From NCBI GenBank assembly GCA_965277285.1, contig OZ255721.1, positions 800,001-864,000 of the forward strand: a stretch of 64,000 bases of DNA, in the 5' to 3' direction. A program made the translations under genes and the position numbers. Origin of the DNA: Abditibacteriaceae bacterium (lineage in GTDB: Bacteria > Armatimonadota > Abditibacteriia > Abditibacteriales > Abditibacteriaceae). This document shows positions 20,442 to 30,080 of this stretch, piece after piece. How positions within the stretch are numbered: position 1 is the stretch's first letter; each line of letters opens with the position of its first letter. A model generated the notes under the pieces. The model did no database searches and was not told where the DNA came from. It saw nothing but the letters and a program-made list of their open reading frames with translations.

Positions 20442-22322
20442 TTACGGCGTTTTGATCGGCAAAGGTTGGCGGCGCGCCCACAATCTGCCGTCGATGCCAT
20501 GGTAAACCAGGCGCCAGTTGGCGGTATCTTTTTCGAGATATTGCGCGATCCATTTCTTGTCCAGTTCATGTGGCAGATACACGATGTTAACGGCGCGCGC
20601 CTTGAACAAATTCAAGCCCGGGCTTTTATCCGCGCTGGATTCGGTAGCGTTGCCTTGCAAAAACACGAAATACTCGTTCAGTAAACCATCTACGCCATCG
20701 GGATAAGCGTTCAAAAGGTCGATGTACAAAGGATTCAGTCCACGGTCGGGAACCACGCCCTGCTCGTCCGCACGATTCAAGCGCCACTGCAGATAACTGG
20801 AGTTCGAGTAATCGTTGAACAAGTGACCGCGCGGCAAAGTACCGTTGCGCTGTCCACTTTCGAGCGAATAAGCGGCGCCTTCGGGAACTTTTTCGGAAAC
20901 CATCAAGCGTCCCCACGGATGCGAAAAGGCTTGAAACACACAAATCAGCAGAGAAAGCGCGATGCCGCCTTGCGCGATGCGCCGCATTCCGACCGGAATC
21001 GGTTCCTGCGCGATGGCAGCTTCGCCCATGAAGTGCTTCCATTTCGTCCACCACAAGCGCGAATCGAAAAAACCGGCGTTGGCCGCTGCGACCGCTACGA
21101 AAACCAGAGCCGCAAGCCACAAATGACGGCGCTGCTTCAAAAATAAAATCGCCATGATGACGACCCACAAAGCGTGCGCCCAGCGGCGCTTTGGATTCCA
21201 CGCCCAGGCCACCAACGCCAAAACCGCCAAAGTCATCTCGACAACAACGTAGCTATGCAAACTGAGCGCTTGCCACGGCGGTTTCCATTCTTCGATGTTG
21301 TTCGCCATGTTGCCCGGCTTGAGCTGCACAGCGGCTTCAAGCCAGCGCGGGCCAAACGGATTGCACAACGTCGCCAGCGCGCACAAAACAGCCAACCCCA
21401 GCAAAACGCGCGCATGCCCATCAAAACGATTCTGGATCGCATCGCCAAACGCGGTGGCAAATACCAAAATCAAGCCCAGCAAAACCAGCGCGTGCAAGTT
21501 CACCCACAAAGCGAACATTGCAATCAGCGCAATTTCGCGCCAGCCGAAAAGCGGTCTGGGAACTTCGTTTCGAGTACTCGATATGACGTCCGCGCGGCGC
21601 GTTTGCGTTTCCACGTCATTGTTATTTAAACGCTCGCCGTCCAAACGCTCGCCGTCCAAATGGTTGTCGTCCAAATGGTTGTCGGTCGAACCATTTTCGT
21701 TCAAAGCATCATTAGCAATTGCGCGCGCTGGACGTCGTTCGATGAGATAAGTCAACAGTACCGTCATAAAAAGCGCGGTTAGCATTTCCTGACGCGGCAA
21801 ATAGCGCGGCGCCGAAACCCAGATCGCCATCGCAAAAATCACTGGCGTCAAAAACGCGATTGGAACATATTCGACGCTTCCGTTTTTGCCGCGCTTGTAA
21901 AAACTCCACGAATTGCGGCTCCACAAGCGCCACAACAGCGCCCACACGCAGCACGCGATGATCGTCGTAAACGCCATCACGACGATTGGGCCGGTGCCAA
22001 CCGAAGTGTGGCCCTGCGGTGTCCATCCGCCACCAGCTTGAATCAAGCCGTAGAAGAACAATTGCGACAGCCACGAATGCGCCACCCACGGGAAACGATC
22101 CACGCTCCATAAGAACAACGAATATTCGGGAAACGCTTTGTGGTTCCACACCCAGCGACCAACTGCGGCGTGCGCCCAAAAATCGTAGCCCGGCCCCATC
22201 GGGCGAAAAGCGTAGCCAATGCACAACAGCAACAACAGCGGTAAATAAAGGCGGCGAAGAAAACTGGATGAAAACAAACTCGATTCCAATGAAAAATAAA
22301 ATGAGCGAAAAACCGTTTCCAT
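20442..22322 (-). CDS. Polytopic membrane protein (GT-C-like), tandem paralog
   Basis: Near-identical blocks to the downstream paralog (SLFLWSVDRFPWVAHSWLSQLFF); likely start METVF at 22322. Confidence 0.65.
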   Translation of the reverse strand: METVFRSFYFSLESSLFSSSFLRRLYLPLLLLLCIGYAFRPMGPGYDFWAHAAVGRWVWNHKAFPEYSLFLWSVDRFPWVAHSWLSQLFFYGLIQAGGGWTPQGHTSVGTGPIVVMAFTTIIACCVWALLWRLWSRNSWSFYKRGKNGSVEYVPIAFLTPVIFAMAIWVSAPRYLPRQEMLTALFMTVLLTYLIERRPARAIANDALNENGSTDNHLDDNHLDGERLDGERLNNNDVETQTRRADVISSTRNEVPRPLFGWREIALIAMFALWVNLHALVLLGLILVFATAFGDAIQNRFDGHARVLLGLAVLCALATLCNPFGPRWLEAAVQLKPGNMANNIEEWKPPWQALSLHSYVVVEMTLAVLALVAWAWNPKRRWAHALWVVIMAILFLKQRRHLWLAALVFVAVAAANAGFFDSRLWWTKWKHFMGEAAIAQEPIPVGMRRIAQGGIALSLLICVFQAFSHPWGRLMVSEKVPEGAAYSLESGQRNGTLPRGHLFNDYSNSSYLQWRLNRADEQGVVPDRGLNPLYIDLLNAYPDGVDGLLNEYFVFLQGNATESSADKSPGLNLFKARAVNIVYLPHELDKKWIAQYLEKDTANWRLVYHGIDGRLWARRQPLPIKTP

Positions 22323-22489
22323 TTTATGCCGATAAGTCGAACAGTAGCAAACACGGAATACGGAATGATGAATGCGCAATGGCGGACTCAAACCGAGACG
22401 CCGTAAGTGTGAGCAGTGGGACATTCCGTATTCATCATTCCGTATTTGCTGCCGAAATGTTAAGCTGAAGGGTTGAAAACAGAAGGAGA

Positions 22490-23383
22490 ATGAAGATGGA
22501 ATTGGTCACGATTGAGCCGCGATTGAACGACATCGAGTACTCGAAAGGCTTGTGCGAGCACTTGGAGCGCGGCGACATTTTAGTTTTGGAGAACACGCCG
22601 TTCAAGCCCTCAGAAGACGATTGCGCGTTTTTGCGCGCGCAAAAGCAAACTGGCAGCAGCAACCACAAAAACATCGCCTACAAGCCGCACTTAGACAAAA
22701 CCAGCGGCGTGGAAGAAAGCAACGCCGCCGAGACGCTGCGTTTGCAAACCATTATGGCGGATTATTCCAAAGGCGCGCTGGAGTTTTTAGGCGCGCTTTT
22801 CCCACAATATTCCGCGTCGTGGAAAGTCGATTACGCGAGTTTTCGTCCTGTCGAGGAACAAGGTCGCGCTTTGCCGCTCAACGCGCGCAACGATTTGATG
22901 CACGTCGATGCGTTTCCGACGCGCCCAACTTATGGTGGCCGCATTTTGCGCGCTTTCACCAACATTCATCCCGAAAAAGCGCGCGTCTGGGGCGTATCGG
23001 ATGATTTCCCGATTTTGGCCGAACATTACGCCAAAGCCGCCGGACTGGACAAAGCCCAAGGTTCGGGTGGCGTGCGCGGCGCTCTGGGGAAACTTATCGG
23101 TCAGCCGGAACGCTCGGCGTATGACGAATTCATGCTGGGCTTTCATACATATCTTAAATCGAACGAAGATTTCCAGAAAAACGGCGTGCGCCATGAATGC
23201 CCGTTTCCGCCAAGCGCAACGTGGATCAGTTTCACCGACGGCATCGCGCATAAAGCCTCGTCCGGCCAGTTTGCGATGGAGCAAACCTGCATCGTGCCAC
23301 GCGAAGCGATGCTGTTGCCCGAACTCTCGCCGATTGCGATTCTCGAAAAAATCGCCGGTCGCCCTTTAGCTGCCGCACGCTAA
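22490..23383 (+). CDS. Kdo hydroxylase family protein (KdoO-like dioxygenase)
   Basis: LERGDIL, KNIAY, SFRP, HVDAFPTRPTYGGRILRAFTNI, RSAYDEFML, TDGIAH, SGQFAMEQT. Confidence 0.8.
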   Translation: MKMELVTIEPRLNDIEYSKGLCEHLERGDILVLENTPFKPSEDDCAFLRAQKQTGSSNHKNIAYKPHLDKTSGVEESNAAETLRLQTIMADYSKGALEFLGALFPQYSASWKVDYASFRPVEEQGRALPLNARNDLMHVDAFPTRPTYGGRILRAFTNIHPEKARVWGVSDDFPILAEHYAKAAGLDKAQGSGGVRGALGKLIGQPERSAYDEFMLGFHTYLKSNEDFQKNGVRHECPFPPSATWISFTDGIAHKASSGQFAMEQTCIVPREAMLLPELSPIAILEKIAGRPLAAAR

Positions 23384-23389
23384 GTAGTC

Positions 23390-23489
23390 TCAAAACCATT
23401 GTAGGGGCGCCAGCTTGCTGCGCCCGTTCTTCAGCAATCGAGTACTCGAAAACGGGCGCAGCAAGCTGGCGCCCCTACAATGGTTTTGA
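23390..23489. repeat. GTAG-type REP doublet (REPIN-like)
   Basis: 39-bp perfect inverted arms containing GTAGGGGCG...CGCCCCTAC; 22-bp spacer. Confidence 0.8.
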
Positions 23490-26035
23490 ATCTCCAGTAT
23501 TTCCCTTTGTCACACCATTTCTTCCCCGCCACATGGCTGCGCTCTCTGGTTTTGCGACCTTTGTTAGCGCTTGCCGCGGTTGCATTCACTGGCTGCGCGT
23601 TAGGTTTTGCGCTTGCCAACGCGTGGAATGTCGCCTGGTTGCACGTTCTGCCAGAATTGGCGCTGCCGCTTTTGCTGATCGTCTTTCACGGCGCCGCGTT
23701 GTGGATGAGTCGTTTGCGAGTTCGCGCGCTGCCTTTGTGCTGGACGATTCTCATCGCATTGTGGACAATTCACGCGGCGCAACGCGTCACGCCTGCGCCC
23801 GATGACGTTTCACAAATGGTGCGGCGCGCGCCCGACTTTTCGCAGCCACAACGAAAAACCGCCGTCACGTTGCAGGGAACCATCGCGGACGCGCCACGCA
23901 TCGGCGATTTCGGCATCGAGTTTCCACTTCAAATTAATCGAGTACTCGATAAGAGCGAAACAGCGGCACAAGGTCGCGTTTGGATTCGTTTGCCGCTCAG
24001 CGGAAAAACTTTGAACGAAGGCGACGAAATTTCGCTTCAGGCCGCGCTCGCCGACTTGCCGCGTGCCGGAAATTTCGGCGAACGAGAAAGCCGCGCCCGC
24101 TTGGTGGCAGCGCGTTGTTGGTGCCTGGCGCAAGTCAAAAAAGACGCCGATTGGAAATTGGTGCGCGCTTCCAAAAGCTCTCTGTCGCATATTCTAAGCG
24201 ATTGGCGACGCACCATCGCCAATCGTTATGACGCTTCGTTTATCGCTTTAGGAGAACCATTTCCGCGCGCTTCATCGCAGCTTTTGGTGGCGATGGTGTT
24301 TGGCGAAGGCGGTTTGCGCGAACCTTTGCCGTCTTCGACGCGCGACCGTTTTCGTGCCGCGGGAATGTCGCATTTATTAGTCGCTTCGGGGACGCAAGTC
24401 GCGTTTTTGGCGCTGGCGCTTTTAGGCGGCGCGAAATTGATCGGCTTGCGGCGCATCGGATTGTTGCTGTTGGTTTTGCCGATTTTGCTGTTGTATGCGT
24501 TGCTGACGGGCGGCGCTTCGAGCATCTGGCGCGCGACTCTGGCAGGCGCTTGCGTCGCGTGGGCGTTGCTCTTGGGGCGCGATGTCGATGGACTTTCGTT
24601 GTGGAGTCTGGCGGCTGTGGTTTTGCTGGCGCTCGATCCGATGCAGGCGCAGGATTTGGGGTTTCAACTGACCTTTGGCGCGACCTGGGGCTTGCTGGTT
24701 TTGTCGCCGCTGCTTCAAAAAACCCTGCGACACGCGTGGGGACAAAGCAAAATCATCGAAGCTGCAGCGTTGACATTAAGCGCGCAAATGGCGACCACGC
24801 CGCTCTTGCTCTACCATTTCGGGCGCTTGAGTTTCGTCGCGCTGGGCGCCAATTTTCTGGCGATTCCGCTCGCGGGCGTGCTCGTCGGCAGCGGCGTTTT
24901 AGGTTTGATTTTGCCCATCGGCGCGTTGAATTATTGGCTGATTCGCGGCGTCGACAATCTGGCGACGTTCGCCTCGAGTGCTCCCGGCGCTCAATCGGAT
25001 GCGCCGCCTTTGCGCTTAGGCTGGACAATTTTCGCTTATGGATTGCTGCTTTTGGCGCTTTTGAGTACTCAATTTCCCATGAACCGCAATTTTTTCACTC
25101 GTTTGCACTTGGAATTTGCGCGACGTTTTCCACGTTTTCGCGCGCAAAGTTTCGCCGCGTTGCTGGCACTCTGCGTCTCACTTGGTTTTGCGTGGCACGC
25201 GGTCAACCATCGAAAATTGCCGTTGCGCGTGACGTTGCTCGATGTCGGTCAGGGCGAAAGTATTTTGGTTCAGGCGCCGAGCGGACGCACCGTTCTTATT
25301 GATGGCGGCACCAGCCAAGATGAAAACCGCGGCGAAGTCGGGCGCGCTGTCATCGTTCCGTATTTGCAAGCGCAAGGGATTTCAAAACTGGACGCGATGG
25401 TTTTGACGCACGCTGACGCCGATCATTGCAACGCCTTGCCGCACGTCGTCCGCGAAATTCCGGTCGCTTTCGCGCTCGATGGCGCCGCACCCTTTAATCA
25501 ATCGAGTACTCGAAAGTCAACCATCGTGCCTGAATACGAAGCCGTCAAAGCCGCGTGGCGCGAACGCAATGTGACAGTTCAAAACGCGCGCGAAGGTCAA
25601 CAACTCGACCTGGACGACGGCGTTGTTCTCACAGTTCTGGCGCCCACGGAACCGCTTTTAGAAAGCGAGCGCGGCGACAATAACAACGGCGCGGTTCTGC
25701 GTTTAGATTATGGCGAAACATCGTTTTTGTTCACCGCCGACATCGAAAAAGAGGGAGAAGAACGTTTACTCAGACGAGGCGCCAACTTGAAATGCACAAT
25801 TCTCAAAGTCGCGCATCACGGCTCAAAAACCAGTTCGACGCCCGCGTTCTTGAAAGCTGCCAATCCGTCCGTGGCGATAGTTTCCAGCGGACGCTACAAC
25901 TCGTTCGGTCATCCAGCGCCACAAACGATGAGCAACCTGGCGAGGCAAAAAATCCCGACCTTTCGCACCGATGTGAATGGCGCTGTTGAAGTTGCGTGCG
26001 ATGCCAAAACCTGCGACGTTCAAACTCTTCGCTGA
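23480..26035 (+). CDS. comEC: DNA internalization competence protein ComEC/Rec2
   Basis: GMSHLLVASG, GFQLTF, LDVGQG, THADADH, LKVAHHGS, NSFGHP, RTDVNGAV; upstream of holA as is common; start uncertain. Confidence 0.92.
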   Translation: MVLNLQYFPLSHHFFPATWLRSLVLRPLLALAAVAFTGCALGFALANAWNVAWLHVLPELALPLLLIVFHGAALWMSRLRVRALPLCWTILIALWTIHAAQRVTPAPDDVSQMVRRAPDFSQPQRKTAVTLQGTIADAPRIGDFGIEFPLQINRVLDKSETAAQGRVWIRLPLSGKTLNEGDEISLQAALADLPRAGNFGERESRARLVAARCWCLAQVKKDADWKLVRASKSSLSHILSDWRRTIANRYDASFIALGEPFPRASSQLLVAMVFGEGGLREPLPSSTRDRFRAAGMSHLLVASGTQVAFLALALLGGAKLIGLRRIGLLLLVLPILLLYALLTGGASSIWRATLAGACVAWALLLGRDVDGLSLWSLAAVVLLALDPMQAQDLGFQLTFGATWGLLVLSPLLQKTLRHAWGQSKIIEAAALTLSAQMATTPLLLYHFGRLSFVALGANFLAIPLAGVLVGSGVLGLILPIGALNYWLIRGVDNLATFASSAPGAQSDAPPLRLGWTIFAYGLLLLALLSTQFPMNRNFFTRLHLEFARRFPRFRAQSFAALLALCVSLGFAWHAVNHRKLPLRVTLLDVGQGESILVQAPSGRTVLIDGGTSQDENRGEVGRAVIVPYLQAQGISKLDAMVLTHADADHCNALPHVVREIPVAFALDGAAPFNQSSTRKSTIVPEYEAVKAAWRERNVTVQNAREGQQLDLDDGVVLTVLAPTEPLLESERGDNNNGAVLRLDYGETSFLFTADIEKEGEERLLRRGANLKCTILKVAHHGSKTSSTPAFLKAANPSVAIVSSGRYNSFGHPAPQTMSNLARQKIPTFRTDVNGAVEVACDAKTCDVQTLR

Positions 26036-26115
26036 ACAACGATTTCGAGTACTCGAAACTCAAAAACTCTTTCCTAAGTTTTGGAAATGGTGGAGTAACG
26101 CCACAGTTCGACTTC

Positions 26116-26194
26116 TTCAACGAACCCGAAGCGTGAGCGCGGGGCTGACGTAACTACGACTTCAGCCCCGCGCTCACGCTTCGGGTTCGTTGAA
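26116..26194. repeat. REP-like hairpin (CCCGAAGCGTGAGCG family)
   Basis: 33-bp perfect inverted arms between convergent genes. Confidence 0.8.
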
Positions 26195-26216
26195 CGACTT
26201 ATAAAGAGTCTTTGTG

Positions 26217-26657
26217 TTATTGCGATGTTGCGGCGCCTACCAGGTCGTCCTGAAACTTGGCCTGCGTGCCGACTTGCTGGCTTTCGCTTTCAAAGAGCAG
26301 GCGCAAAATTGTTTCTTTGAAGTCAGCGATGCACACTGGTTTTTCCAGATAAGCGTCGCCGCAATGACCCAGAGCGCGTTCGCGGTGCGGCTGTCCGGCG
26401 AGTGAGGTGTAATAAAGAACTGGCGTTTGTGGGCTGAACTCGCGCAGGCGGGCGCACAAATCGGTGCCATTTCCATCAGGAAACTTTTGTTCGAGAATGT
26501 AAATATCGAAAGACGTTTCGCGCGCCAAATGCAACGCTTCGCGGATGCTGCCCGCCGTCATCACGCCGAAGCCGTCCATTTCCAGCAAGAACATCAGCAT
26601 CAGGCGCGTGTCCTGATGCTCGTCCACATAAAGAATTTTGGCGCGCGTATGTTTCAT
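26217..26657 (-). CDS. Single-domain response regulator (receiver)
   Basis: KILYVD, PDGNG, TPVLYYT, DAYLEKP. Confidence 0.8.
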   Translation of the reverse strand: MKHTRAKILYVDEHQDTRLMLMFLLEMDGFGVMTAGSIREALHLARETSFDIYILEQKFPDGNGTDLCARLREFSPQTPVLYYTSLAGQPHRERALGHCGDAYLEKPVCIADFKETILRLLFESESQQVGTQAKFQDDLVGAATSQ

Positions 26658-26737
26658 AGTGTCCTTTCAACGTCTTAAACCTTTGTGTGTTCAACACTTT
26701 GGCCACTAATTTTCGGGACGCGCATTGACGGAACGGC

Positions 26738-27946
26738 ATGGCGCGCCTATCCTCATCTGCGATGCTGCCCTACTCCACCTTTTCGCTGAAAAAAGTTCTG
26801 CATAACAACGAACCGCGCCGCGTTTACGGCATTGTCGGCGACGCTTATTTGCAAGGTTTGGTCAAGCGCGCCCTGCTCGATGCGGCGCTCGATCCGTCCG
26901 CGCGCGACTTCAACATGGACACCATCGAAGCCGACAGCGCGACCATAAACGACGTGCTTTCACTGTGCGGCAACCTGCCATTTTTGTCCGAGCGGCGCGC
27001 CGTTGTGGTGACGCGCGCCGAAAAGTTGGAAAACATGGACAAAAGCGGCGAAAGCGATGACGTTAAAGAAACGAAATCCACCAAATCGAGTACTCGATTA
27101 TCGCCCGCCAAGCGTTTGCAAGACGGCTTAAAAAACTTGCCGCCCACGACGATGTTGTTGCTTTTGCGCACGCCGGAAACGCCCGATATCGGTGCCAAAG
27201 CTGCAACACCGCGCTGCATCAACGCCAATGTCGACAAAGTGATTGAAGCCGACGACGTAGGTTTAATCATCGACTGCACAATTGGCGCGAAAAACAATGC
27301 GTTGGCGACGACAATCGTCAACAACGAAGCGGCGAACTGGAACATCGCGCTGGCAAATGGCGTGGCGGAATATCTGGTCGAACGTGTGGGAACCGACATT
27401 GCGCGCCTTTTATCCGAAATGGAGAAATGCGCCCTGCGCGTCGAACACGGCGAAATCGTCACGCGCGCCGTCGTGGAAGAAATGGTGAAACGCGCGCCAC
27501 ACGACACGATTTTCGACTTGACGGATGCCATCAGCGAACGGCGCGGCGCGCAAGCGTTGGCGATTTTGCGCGAACTCGTCGGCGATGGCGAAGCGCCCGA
27601 ACGCATCCTCGCCACTTTCGTGACGCACCTGAGAAAACTCTTGCAGGCGCGCGCCTTTCTCGATGCTGGCGCTGGCGTAGACGCAAGTACGCTAAACCGC
27701 TTGCCACGCGAATTGGTCTCGCAACTGCCGCAAAACGGCAACGAAAACCTGGCGACGATGTTGCAAAATCCCAGTCAAAGCTGGCGTGGGCGCAAGATTG
27801 CGAGCCAGGCGCGCAACTTTTCGGTCGTACAGTTGCAACAAGCGCTCGAAGCCGCGTTGAAAGTCGATTTGGCGATCAAAGGTATTGAGGGCGACGGCGG
27901 CACATCCGACATGCTGGTCGAATTGTTCGTCGCCGGTTTATGCTGA
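26738..27946 (+). CDS. holA: DNA polymerase III subunit delta
   Basis: VYGIVGD, DFN, LPFLSERRAVVV, SEMEK, IFDLTDAI, DLAIKG. Confidence 0.85.
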   Translation: MARLSSSAMLPYSTFSLKKVLHNNEPRRVYGIVGDAYLQGLVKRALLDAALDPSARDFNMDTIEADSATINDVLSLCGNLPFLSERRAVVVTRAEKLENMDKSGESDDVKETKSTKSSTRLSPAKRLQDGLKNLPPTTMLLLLRTPETPDIGAKAATPRCINANVDKVIEADDVGLIIDCTIGAKNNALATTIVNNEAANWNIALANGVAEYLVERVGTDIARLLSEMEKCALRVEHGEIVTRAVVEEMVKRAPHDTIFDLTDAISERRGAQALAILRELVGDGEAPERILATFVTHLRKLLQARAFLDAGAGVDASTLNRLPRELVSQLPQNGNENLATMLQNPSQSWRGRKIASQARNFSVVQLQQALEAALKVDLAIKGIEGDGGTSDMLVELFVAGLC

Positions 27947-28118
27947 TTTGAAATAATCTACCGCGAAGCGTACGAAGAATCGAGTACTCGAAAGTGGGAG
28001 TTTGTCATTTTGAGAGGCCATAAACAAAGTGAAAGAAGAGCCGCCAAACTCGCAAGGTGTCATTCTGAGAGGGTGTATAGGGAAAAGGAAATTAGCAACA
28101 AAAACGCGCAAAATTAGG

Positions 28119-28190
28119 AGTTTGTCATTCTGAGCGCAGCGAAGAATCTCATTGGAGTTAGATTCTTCGCTGCGCTCAGAATGACAAACT
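28119..28190. repeat. REP-like hairpin (TGTCATTCTGAGCGCAGCGAAGAATCT)
   Basis: 31-bp perfect inverted arms. Confidence 0.8.
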
Positions 28191-28344
28191 TCCACTTTCA
28201 AGCGTTTTTGGGACTTTGTTTACAATCTCTAAGAGGTGCCTCTCGAATAGTGCGAAGAATCTAACTTGACATAATCAATGGGGCGGGCGCTTGCAAACCC
28301 GCACCACTGCTTGTCGAACTTTACTGATCGCAGCCATTGTAGGT

Positions 28345-29271
28345 TCAACCGCTTGCTTCATTGCCACGCTCACCGGCGATAGTATCCAATTCCTCGATGG
28401 CGTTTTGTGGCAATTGAAGGTTCGCGCCCGCGACGTTTTCACGCAGGTGATCAACTGAAGAAGTTCCCGGAATGAGCAGAATGTTGGGGGAGCGATGCAG
28501 CAACCAAGCCAACGCGACCGACATTGGTGTCGTATTCAAACGCTTGGCAACGCTGGACAGCGTGTTAGATTGCAGCGGCGAAAAGCCGCCCAGAGGAAAG
28601 TATGGCACATAAGCGATTCCCTGTTCAGCGAGAACATCAATCAGCGAATCATCCTGTCGATTGGCGATGTTGTAGAAGTTTTGCACGCATACAATCGGAG
28701 CAATCGCTTGCACTTGGGCGATCTGCTCGGCGGTGACATTGCTGACGCCCAAATGTCTGATGAGACCTTCTCGCTGAAGTTCGGCAAGTACGCTGAACGG
28801 TTCCGCTATGGAACCTGGAGTCGGAGCGGCGAACCCGCCAACTCGCAGATTTACCACATCAAGTACGGCGACGCCGAGATTGGCGAGGTTGTCATCAACG
28901 GCTTGGCGGAGTTCGTCGGGAGATAAAGCCGACGGCCAATTCCCCTTGGCGTCACGCCGTGCGCCAACTTTGGTGACGATGCGCAACTGCTGCGGATAAG
29001 GATGCAGCGCTTCTTTGATAAGCTGATTTGTGACGTGAGGGCCATAAAAGTCGCTGGTATCGATGTGGGTAATACCAAGCTCGACGACTTCTTTAAGAAC
29101 CGCTATCGCGCCGTCGTGATCGGCTGGCGGGCCAAAAACGTGTGGGCCAGCGAGTTGCATCGCGCCATATCCCATGCGGGTCAAAGTGAGGTCGGCGGCG
29201 AGCGTAAAGGTACCGCCTGCCAGAAATGAAGATGTCATATATTTCTCCTGGTGCTGATGAGACATTTGCAA
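28345..29271 (-). CDS. Aldo/keto reductase (YdbC-like)
   Basis: RMGYGAMQL, IDTSDFYG, TKVG, GLIRHLGVSN, VQN.YN, IPGTSS. Confidence 0.9.
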   Translation of the reverse strand: MQMSHQHQEKYMTSSFLAGGTFTLAADLTLTRMGYGAMQLAGPHVFGPPADHDGAIAVLKEVVELGITHIDTSDFYGPHVTNQLIKEALHPYPQQLRIVTKVGARRDAKGNWPSALSPDELRQAVDDNLANLGVAVLDVVNLRVGGFAAPTPGSIAEPFSVLAELQREGLIRHLGVSNVTAEQIAQVQAIAPIVCVQNFYNIANRQDDSLIDVLAEQGIAYVPYFPLGGFSPLQSNTLSSVAKRLNTTPMSVALAWLLHRSPNILLIPGTSSVDHLRENVAGANLQLPQNAIEELDTIAGERGNEASG

Positions 29272-29388
29272 TTATTCCTATTGTCAAATGACAGTTGTTT
29301 ATCAACGTAAGTTATAACATACAGTTAGTGTCCAAATTGTCGTTTTTAGAGTGGCAAAATCCACTATCGAGTACTCGATTCTCCTTTT

Positions 29389-29427
29389 CTCTGCGCCTCT
29401 GCGCCTCTGCGCCTCTGCACCTCTGCG
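29389..29427. repeat. Octamer tandem repeat (CTCTGCGC) x ~5
   Basis: Read directly upstream of the exonuclease ATG. Confidence 0.85.
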
Positions 29428-29440
29428 GTTCAATTTAGTT

Positions 29441-30034
29441 ATGAAAGAAATTTACGTCAGCACCGATGTCGAAACCGACGGCCCGATTCCTGGCCCGCAT
29501 TCGATGTTATCCTTCGCCTCCGCCGCGTATTTGGCCGACAAAACTTTGATCGGGACGTTTCAAGCGAACCTGGAAACTTTGCCAGACGCGAACGGCGACG
29601 CCAAAACAATGGCGTGGTGGGAAACTCAGCCCGAAGCGTGGAAAATCTGCCGCGAAAATTTGCAGGCGCCGCAAGTTGCGATGAACAATTACGTTGCGTG
29701 GCTCAAAAATTTGCCAGGTCGTCCAGTTTTTGTGGCGTATCCAGCAGGCTTCGATTTTCTGTTTGTGTACTGGTACTTGATAAAATTCGCCGGTGAAAGT
29801 CCGTTTTCGCATTCGGCTCTCGACATCAAAACCTATGCGATGGCGATGCTGCGCACGGATTACCGTGATTCGACCAAGCGCCGCATGCCGCGTTCGTGGT
29901 TCGATGATTTGCCACACACGCACCGCGCTTTGGATGACGCGATTGAACAAGGCGCGCTCTTTTGTAATATGCTAAACGCGAACTCAATAAACGCGAACGC
30001 GTCGTCAGTTGTCGCCCAGCACAAAACCGATTGA
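29441..30034 (+). CDS. DEDD-family 3'-5' exonuclease/exoribonuclease
   Basis: [24 protein letters not shown]. Confidence 0.8.
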   Translation: MKEIYVSTDVETDGPIPGPHSMLSFASAAYLADKTLIGTFQANLETLPDANGDAKTMAWWETQPEAWKICRENLQAPQVAMNNYVAWLKNLPGRPVFVAYPAGFDFLFVYWYLIKFAGESPFSHSALDIKTYAMAMLRTDYRDSTKRRMPRSWFDDLPHTHRALDDAIEQGALFCNMLNANSINANASSVVAQHKTD

Positions 30035-30080
30035 AGTGTGCACGCGACTTTTTTATTTTCTTTACTTTCCCTGATTATTC

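Noticed and set aside
27938..28201. 87-aa ORF containing CHSERSEES
   Set aside because: Translation of the TGTCATTCTGAGCG REP hairpin rather than a gene.
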